From Candidatus Kapaibacterium sp. (GTDB taxonomy: Bacteria > Bacteroidota > Ignavibacteria > Kapaibacteriales > UBA961): DNA of 64,000 bases. The notes below the pieces were generated by a model. That model searched no databases. It saw only the letters and a list, made by a program, of their open reading frames with translations, and was not told the DNA's origin. The stretch covers positions 542,593 to 606,592 of the forward strand of contig JAXLVN010000001.1 of the NCBI GenBank assembly GCA_046328995.1. Reading direction: 5' to 3'. Made by a program: the position numbers and the translations under genes. Below are positions 57,442 to 64,000 of this stretch, piece by piece; position 1 is the first letter of the stretch, and the number at the start of each line of letters is the position of its first letter.

Positions 57442-60400
57442 TTACTCGAGCACGAAGCGAACGTTGTTGGGACCGAAAATCTGCGTCAGCGCATTTGTTG
57501 ACTCCTGCGTAAGTGGTAATTTGGCAGGCGCATAGAATTGTGAACGTCGGCTGCCTTCTTCCATCACCGAGAACACGATTTTACTGTCTGCCTTCGCTAC
57601 ACACAGGGGTTTGATACGTTCGATATCCTCCCGTGTAACCGTGGCTGCATTGATTGAAATATTAAATCCTTTGGCAAACTTCGGCACGGTCTCTTCTATT
57701 GGAATTACCTCTTCGACGATAATTTTAAGAGAATCGGCGTTTAGTTCGGATTTCCCCCGCACCATGACTACAGTATCTTCGTGTAAATATTGCCCCCATT
57801 TTTTATATGCATCGCTCCAGAAAATACACTCTGCTTTACCGTAAAAGTCTTCGATCATGACAAAGGCGATGGTTTGTTCTTTTTTATCGAGCCGGGTCCG
57901 AACAGCAGTAATTAACCCACAGCATCGGACGGGCTTACCGATAAGCGGACTATCTTTTTTATTGAGGATAAGTGTCGAAAACGATGCAAGATGCGGACGA
58001 TACTTCATCAGCGGATGACCACTGAGATAAAAATTCAGCACTTCTTTCTCTTTTTCGAGGCGTTCGGTTTCACTCCAGTTTGGAATAGTCGGCAGCTTGG
58101 GCTCGACGATATCGAGTTCTGCGACTCCCCCGCCGAACATACTATTGGTATCGCTCTGAGCAGCACCTGATTTTTTGGCAAATTCAAGGGCTGAATCTAT
58201 AGCTGCAAACAGCTGCGCACGATGTCCGATTTTCAACGAATCGAACGCACCGGAAGAGATAAGTGCTTCAAGTACCCGGCGATTAATGACTTTATTGTCA
58301 CAACGTGCTGCAAAATCATAAAAGGATGTAAACGGCTTTTCTTCCCGGGCTTTGATAATCGACTCGACCGCGCTGATGCCGACACCTTTGATACCGGCGA
58401 GCCCGAAGACGATATTTTTCGAGTCAATGGCCATAAATGTTGCCACCGATTTATTCACATCAGGAGGAAGCGTATTAATTTCAAATGCTTTGGCTTCATC
58501 AATTAAAGCCACTACTTTATCCAAATCATTAATTTCGGCCGTCATGTTTGCTGCAAGAAACTCTGCAGTGTAATGTGCTTTGAGCCACGCAGTCTGAAAG
58601 GCAAGGTAGGCATAGGCACACGAGTGGGATTTATTAAAGCCGTATGACGCAAATTTGATAAGGAGTTCGAAAATTTCTTCGGCAATCTTCTTGGGAATAT
58701 CCTTGCCTTCTGCCCCTTCGATAAATTGAATCTTCAGCTTCAGCATTTCGGCTGCATCTTTCTTACCCATCGCGCGGCGGATAGAGTCGGCCTGTGCAAG
58801 GGTGAATCCCGCGATATCCTGCACCAGCTGCATTACCTGTTCCTGATAGACAATAATTCCATAGGTCTTTTTCAGGCATTTTTCCATAACCGGATGAATA
58901 TACTCTATTTGCTTGCGTCCATGCTTCCGGTCAATAAAGTCAGGAATATTCTCCATTGGTCCCGGACGATAGAGAGCATTCATAGCGATGAGATCTTCCA
59001 AATCCGTTGGCTTGAGCTTCATGAGCGACTCTTGCATCTTGCCGGATTCGAACTGAAACACCGCCTGAGTCTTCCCTTTCCCGAGCATATCGTAGGTAAG
59101 CTTGTCTTCGAGGTCTATGGTATCGAGGTCGATTGTCAGGCCATGATTCCGCTTAATCTGATCGAGAGTATTATCAATGATTGACAGGGTTCGCAGGCCC
59201 AAAAAGTCCATTTTGAGCAGCCCTGCATCTTCGAGGTCTTTCATTGTATATTGTGTCGCGAGTCCTGAATCTCCCGATTTATACAGCGGAACAAACTCAT
59301 TGATGTCACCGGGCGCGATGACTACACCGGCAGCGTGAAGCGATGAATTACGAGCCATTCCTTCAAGGGTGGACGCATATTCGATGAGTTCTTTCAGCTT
59401 TGGGTCATCGGTCTCTTTCAGCCATCGTAAATCCGGTAATTCCATTGCATCTTTGATCTTGGTAACTTTACCCTGAAAGACAGGAATTTTCTCGGTGATG
59501 GAATTGATGGTAGAAAGAGGCACACCGAGAACGCGTCCTACATCCTTGAGCACTGCACGGCTCGAAAGCGTCCCGAAAGTAATAATCTGCGCTACGGATT
59601 TTTCACCGTATTTTTCTTTCACGTAGTCGATGACCACATCGCGCTTGTCGTCGCTGAAGTCAATATCAATATCAGGCATCGATACACGGTCAGGATTGAG
59701 GAAGCGTTCAAAAAGTAGGTCATACTTGATTGGATCGACATTAATAATTCCTAGTGCATAGGCTACGACGCTGCCGGCAGCTGACCCCCGTCCGGGACCA
59801 ACGCGAACGCCTTTTTTCTGCGCCTGAATGATAAAATCCTGTACGATAAGAAAATACCCTGCATATCCCATCCGCTTGATGACACCAAGTTCGAATTTTA
59901 CTCTATCGAGAATTTCGGCAGTTTGGACCGGATAACGACGCTCAAGACCGGCATACGTCAATTCCTCAAGATACTCTTCCAAGGTCGTGGCTTTTGATTC
60001 CTGAGGAATTGGGAAGGTCGGCATTTTTATATCAGACTTCAAGGTCACATCACATTTTTCGGCTACTTCAAGAGTATTCTCAAATGCCTGAGGGAAGTCT
60101 TTGAAAATTTTAGACATTTCCTCCGATGACTTAAAGTACATTTCGGGTTTTCCGTAGCGTAATTCATGGATATTATTCACCCCTTTAATACCTGAATCCT
60201 TGATATGGAGCAGCACATTGTGCGCGACGGCATGTTCTTTTTTGATATAATGACAATCATTCGACACAATGAGCTTGATGCCTAATTCTTCGGCAAGTCT
60301 CGGTGCTTGTGCGAGTACAATTTCGTCGCCGTCGAGACCATGATCCTGTAGCTCGATGTAAAAATCATCGCCGAATAAGTTCTTGTACCAAATAGCGTTA

Positions 60401-60882
60401 TTACGGGCAGTTTCATAATCTCCGGCAAGTAAAGGTGCGTTTATCACGCCGGCAAGGCATGCCGACAATGCTATCAATCCTTCATGATGTTTTTCGAGTA
60501 AATCGGTATCGATACGCGGTCGGTAGTAGAATCCCTCTGTATGCCCAAGTGTGGTGAGCTTCATGAGGTTTTTGTAGCCGATATCATTCTTGGCAAGAAG
60601 GACAAGGTGGAAATAATTCCGTTTTTTGGTCGCTGCCTTCCCTGCTCCACGGTCAAATCGACTGCCGTTCGCAATATAGACTTCGCAGCCGAGAATGGGC
60701 TTGATACCGGCTTTTTTTGCTTTTTTATAAAATTCAAAACAGCCAAACATCACGCCGTGGTCGGTGAGAGCAAGTGCTTTTTGTCCGTCTGCTTTGGCAG
60801 CATTGATGAGCTGATCGGGAGTGCAGGCAGCATCAAGTAAGGAATAATGCGTATGATTATGAAGATGTACAAATTCGGGCAT
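57442..60882 (-). CDS. dnaE: DNA polymerase III subunit alpha
   Basis: 1146 aa from the ATG at 60882 (MPEFVHLHNHTHYSLLD, the PHP domain). Polymerase core motifs (PDIDIDF, GLLKMDFLGL). The track N-terminal extension (to 61020) is not conserved-looking. Confidence 0.95.
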   Translation of the reverse strand: MPEFVHLHNHTHYSLLDAACTPDQLINAAKADGQKALALTDHGVMFGCFEFYKKAKKAGIKPILGCEVYIANGSRFDRGAGKAATKKRNYFHLVLLAKNDIGYKNLMKLTTLGHTEGFYYRPRIDTDLLEKHHEGLIALSACLAGVINAPLLAGDYETARNNAIWYKNLFGDDFYIELQDHGLDGDEIVLAQAPRLAEELGIKLIVSNDCHYIKKEHAVAHNVLLHIKDSGIKGVNNIHELRYGKPEMYFKSSEEMSKIFKDFPQAFENTLEVAEKCDVTLKSDIKMPTFPIPQESKATTLEEYLEELTYAGLERRYPVQTAEILDRVKFELGVIKRMGYAGYFLIVQDFIIQAQKKGVRVGPGRGSAAGSVVAYALGIINVDPIKYDLLFERFLNPDRVSMPDIDIDFSDDKRDVVIDYVKEKYGEKSVAQIITFGTLSSRAVLKDVGRVLGVPLSTINSITEKIPVFQGKVTKIKDAMELPDLRWLKETDDPKLKELIEYASTLEGMARNSSLHAAGVVIAPGDINEFVPLYKSGDSGLATQYTMKDLEDAGLLKMDFLGLRTLSIIDNTLDQIKRNHGLTIDLDTIDLEDKLTYDMLGKGKTQAVFQFESGKMQESLMKLKPTDLEDLIAMNALYRPGPMENIPDFIDRKHGRKQIEYIHPVMEKCLKKTYGIIVYQEQVMQLVQDIAGFTLAQADSIRRAMGKKDAAEMLKLKIQFIEGAEGKDIPKKIAEEIFELLIKFASYGFNKSHSCAYAYLAFQTAWLKAHYTAEFLAANMTAEINDLDKVVALIDEAKAFEINTLPPDVNKSVATFMAIDSKNIVFGLAGIKGVGISAVESIIKAREEKPFTSFYDFAARCDNKVINRRVLEALISSGAFDSLKIGHRAQLFAAIDSALEFAKKSGAAQSDTNSMFGGGVAELDIVEPKLPTIPNWSETERLEKEKEVLNFYLSGHPLMKYRPHLASFSTLILNKKDSPLIGKPVRCCGLITAVRTRLDKKEQTIAFVMIEDFYGKAECIFWSDAYKKWGQYLHEDTVVMVRGKSELNADSLKIIVEEVIPIEETVPKFAKGFNISINAATVTREDIERIKPLCVAKADSKIVFSVMEEGSRRSQFYAPAKLPLTQESTNALTQIFGPNNVRFVLE

Positions 60883-61314
60883 AGGGCTTAGCTGATACAA
60901 GGAAGCTGGATAGAGTTTACGGTGTGCAAAAATACAAAAGCAGGGCATACCAACAGCAAAACACCTCGTGATGGGAGGTCTGATATTAGAGAGTGCAGGT
61001 CGATGTATCGAGCGAATCACCGTACGTTACGTGAGCATGAAATATCTACACCGTATGATAACTGGAGAACATCCAATGCGCTTATTGATGTCAATTCTTT
61101 GCCTCGTTGTCGGTAGAAGTATGTTTTTCTGCTCAATTTCACTTTCCGAGAAAATTTTTCTTGCTTATAGCGTGTGGAGAGCGTACTTTTGCACTATAGT
61201 AGTATCGAGCTACCCCTCTTTTAGTTTCTAGCACTTTCTTGTGAGACGCCATTTGTTCCAACGATACGGTTTTTGTGTACTTCGAAATTCGTTTCATTTT
61301 TCTTTGTAGGACTA

Positions 61315-64000
61315 ATGGTACTTCCCATTCAGCACCTGCGGCAGCATTCTCGTGCCGCTCACGTTGCATTGTGTAGTGTATTATTTTTCATAGCATTATT
61401 CGCGCATTCGGAGAGCTTGGCAGCTGAAATCACCTTGAGTGATCTCACGCTGCTTACCCTGCACATGCCTCTTACTATTCCTGAGCTTGCCTATTTTGTG
61501 CCGGTAGAGACACCGCCGGATAGTACCCGACAACATCCGATTTTCAATCCCCCTCCTCTTTTTCGCGGCTCCATTCTTCCTTCTCAGTACGGTACCAAGC
61601 GACCTGCTTTACCCGCAGGGTACAAGATTACCTCAAAAATCGATACCGCAGGAGCGACATTCTCCCAGCGTGAGTCCTGGAACGGCATCGAGACTGCTGC
61701 GCCGAGCTTTTTATCATTGGATGATTATCTGGTCTATAGGCGCGAGAAAGAACGTCGTAGAATTTGGGATTCGCTGACTGCATCGTATGATCTGAAAAAA
61801 GCACTTTCACGTTCAGGACTCAGCAGCATTTTAGGTGAATTAGATGGACTGAGTATTCCTTTCCCTCCCAATCCTGTATTTGGTATTTTTGGAAAGCCAG
61901 AAATTAGTATCAATGTCACCGGTGATGTGAATGTACGCGCCGGCTGGAGATGGGACTCCCAAAATCTCGGATCTACTTCCGCTTTTGGTCAGACTCAATC
62001 CGGGCCGATTTTTTCGCAGGATATTAATCTGAATGTCAGCGGAAAAATTGGGGACAAACTCAAGCTAGGTGTAGATTGGAATACGAAACAAACCTTTGAG
62101 CTCAATAATAAATTCAATATTGGATTCAGCGGCAATGACGATGATATCGTAAAACGGGTAGAACTTGGAAATATACAGTTCCCCGTGCCATCAACTCTTA
62201 TCGGTGGCGGACAATCGTTATTCGGCGTTCGCGCTGATTTCCAGTTCGGTCCATTATTCTTAAAATCAGTAGCTTCTCAGCGCAGAGGCGAGCGTAAATT
62301 CGTACAAGTACGCGGTGGTGGAGCACTTAAACAGCAGTTTCAGATTCGTGCCTACGATTATGCCAGAAATCACTTTTTTCTCGATACTGTGTATAAGAGA
62401 ATTTATACAGAGTATTTTAAGAATTCGACGCCTGTTATACCCAATGATGCTCTCCAATACCAAATCAAAGAAATAGAAGTATGGGAATCTACCGGTGACG
62501 TAACGGCTACACAGGCTACAGAAGCGATCGCATACGCTGATTTGGAGCCGATTCCGATCGGTACACGATATCCGGATTCTAAGAAATTCGGTACAATTAC
62601 AGCCGGACAAATTGCAAGAGGTCGGTTTTCACAGCTCGACAAAAGCAGATATGATTATGACAAAAGTCTCGGTCGGTTGACAATTTTCAATCTTCGTAAT
62701 GAACGAACCTATGCAGTATCATACCGGATTGATAATCGTAATGCTTTATCCCCCGATGACGATCTTTTATACGGTACACCAGCTGCCAACAGAAGTCCGA
62801 AAGACACGTTAATTTTAAAACTCATCAGCGTGCAAGGACTCCAACCAAGCTTTAAAACGCTATGGTCCCGACAGATGAAAAATATTTACTCCATTGGTCA
62901 AAGTAATGTCAGTACAACAGACGCCAAAATTAACGTATGGTATCTCCGACCCAATAATGACTCATCCGACGTCCTCCCCGGAACAAGCGAGAAAGTAGTA
63001 ACTGTCTTACGCGTTGATCAGGTCAATAATAATTCAGGTGAACAAAAACCGGACGGATTGTTTGATATTACTGCTACACAAATCACCCAAACGCAGCAAC
63101 AACAAATACCTATCAGCGGTCAGCAGAATCCTCCACCGCAAGCGTCGCAATCCTCTCCATTTTTTAATGCCGTCCGCGGTGAGATTATTTTTCCGAGTGT
63201 TGAACCGTTTCGTCAAGGACTACGGGACTATTTTACGACGAAGGGTAATCCTCAGATCGCCGAACAGTATGTGTTTGATGCTGTCTATGACACCACTATC
63301 GAAGTGGCTCGATTACAGACCGGTAGAGATAGATTCATCATCTCCGGAGAAGCTACCGGTAATGCGTCCACAACCGGCAACCGTATTTCGCTCGGTGCGT
63401 TTAACCTCGCTCCCGGTAGTGTACGCGTTACTCTAGACGGCGTAGCTCTCAGGGAGAATGCCGATTATTACGTTGAATACTATACCGGACAAGTGACGTT
63501 GACCAATCCGAGAGCCACCCTCCCAAATGCTAATCTCGGTATTGAATATGAACAACAGGATTTGTTTAATCTAGCAACACGAACTCTCGTCGGGCTACGG
63601 GCCGACATGGATATTTTAAAGCGAAGGAATGTACAGAGTAGCATCGGAATGACATTTATGCTCTTTAATCAATCGCTTGTCCTTGATAGAGTTCGACTCG
63701 GTGATGAACCTGTATCTAATAATATGATCGGTTTTGACGGCTCACTCAATCTCGATGCTCCCTGGCTTACCAAAGCACTCGACGCACTACCCTTTTTGGA
63801 TACAAAAGACAAGTCATACCTCAAGCTGAAAGGGGAAATCGCTGCGATGTTCCCTACACCAAACAAACGACTCTCTGACGTGGCTTCTGATAATGAATCA
63901 CCTGTTGCGTATTTGGATGATTTTGAAGGAGCACAACGCTATATTTCACTCGGCCTCTCACCTTCTCAATGGTCACATTCGTCACAACCTGTTGATTCTT
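61315..64000 (+). CDS. sprA: T9SS translocon / gliding-motility protein SprA, N-terminal ~895 codons (continues beyond the right edge)
   Basis: Absent from the track because it has no stop in the window. ATG at 61315 with a signal peptide (VALCSVLFFIALFAHSESLA). My translation contains FGKPEISINVTGDVNVRAGWRWD, LGVDWNTKQTFELNNKFNIGFSGNDDDIVKRVELGNIQFP, FGVRADFQFGPLFLKSVASQRRGE and AYLDDFEGAQ, all typical of SprA. Confidence 0.85.
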   Translation, partial: MVLPIQHLRQHSRAAHVALCSVLFFIALFAHSESLAAEITLSDLTLLTLHMPLTIPELAYFVPVETPPDSTRQHPIFNPPPLFRGSILPSQYGTKRPALPAGYKITSKIDTAGATFSQRESWNGIETAAPSFLSLDDYLVYRREKERRRIWDSLTASYDLKKALSRSGLSSILGELDGLSIPFPPNPVFGIFGKPEISINVTGDVNVRAGWRWDSQNLGSTSAFGQTQSGPIFSQDINLNVSGKIGDKLKLGVDWNTKQTFELNNKFNIGFSGNDDDIVKRVELGNIQFPVPSTLIGGGQSLFGVRADFQFGPLFLKSVASQRRGERKFVQVRGGGALKQQFQIRAYDYARNHFFLDTVYKRIYTEYFKNSTPVIPNDALQYQIKEIEVWESTGDVTATQATEAIAYADLEPIPIGTRYPDSKKFGTITAGQIARGRFSQLDKSRYDYDKSLGRLTIFNLRNERTYAVSYRIDNRNALSPDDDLLYGTPAANRSPKDTLILKLISVQGLQPSFKTLWSRQMKNIYSIGQSNVSTTDAKINVWYLRPNNDSSDVLPGTSEKVVTVLRVDQVNNNSGEQKPDGLFDITATQITQTQQQQIPISGQQNPPPQASQSSPFFNAVRGEIIFPSVEPFRQGLRDYFTTKGNPQIAEQYVFDAVYDTTIEVARLQTGRDRFIISGEATGNASTTGNRISLGAFNLAPGSVRVTLDGVALRENADYYVEYYTGQVTLTNPRATLPNANLGIEYEQQDLFNLATRTLVGLRADMDILKRRNVQSSIGMTFMLFNQSLVLDRVRLGDEPVSNNMIGFDGSLNLDAPWLTKALDALPFLDTKDKSYLKLKGEIAAMFPTPNKRLSDVASDNESPVAYLDDFEGAQRYISLGLSPSQWSHSSQPVDS

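Noticed and set aside
60922-62642. Small ORFs around the dnaE/sprA spacer and inside sprA (60922..61116, 60968..61231, 61139..61369, 61628..61919, 62266..62642)
   Set aside because: They overlap either the dnaE N-terminal extension region or the long open sprA frame (61315 onward, no stop). The sprA translation has strong family motifs, and these ORFs have none.

Overview
This 64-kb window is a chromosomal segment from a T9SS-bearing FCB-group bacterium (Bacteroidota/Ignavibacteriota-like). The evidence is two proteins with type A Por C-terminal sorting tails, a partial sprA, and the typical short palindromic intergenic repeats.

The right half (about 33.6-64 kb) is ordinary housekeeping DNA:
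- aspS, speA, a wecE-like aminotransferase and two glycosyltransferases
- an FKBP isomerase, pyrG, icd, hflX, dnaE and sprA
- two large T9SS cargo proteins, a wedged-in MazF-type TA pair and a GAF protein

The left half is accessory and visibly more AT-rich:
- a partial type I R-M methylase (hsdM, running off the left edge, not in the ORF track) with an orphan cyclase-like neighbour
- a TetR/HMA-like/MFS operon, a SAM methyltransferase and tag
- from 8.2 to 33.4 kb, about 28 genes all on the minus strand

Features of that minus-strand block:
1. A roughly 2.1-kb tandem segmental duplication carries two spacer-less 37-bp tandem arrays (11 and 16 units).
2. An IS4-family element has perfect 18-bp inverted repeats and a 9-bp target duplication, and splits a signal-peptide gene.
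3. There is a GmrSD-like DUF262/DUF1524 nuclease.
4. A 235-bp MITE with a 10-bp target duplication sits exactly between two operon genes.
5. Most interesting is a cassette-like array at 24.6-31.2 kb, with an outlier at 18.3 kb. Single small unrelated ORFs, many resembling immunity or DUF families, are separated by about 10 same-orientation copies of a roughly 130-bp structured repeat with compensatory hairpin changes. An orphan C39-peptidase ABC exporter heads the array.

The layout resembles integron or recombinase-associated immunity-gene arrays. The repeats do not match canonical attC boxes, and no recombinase is present in the window.
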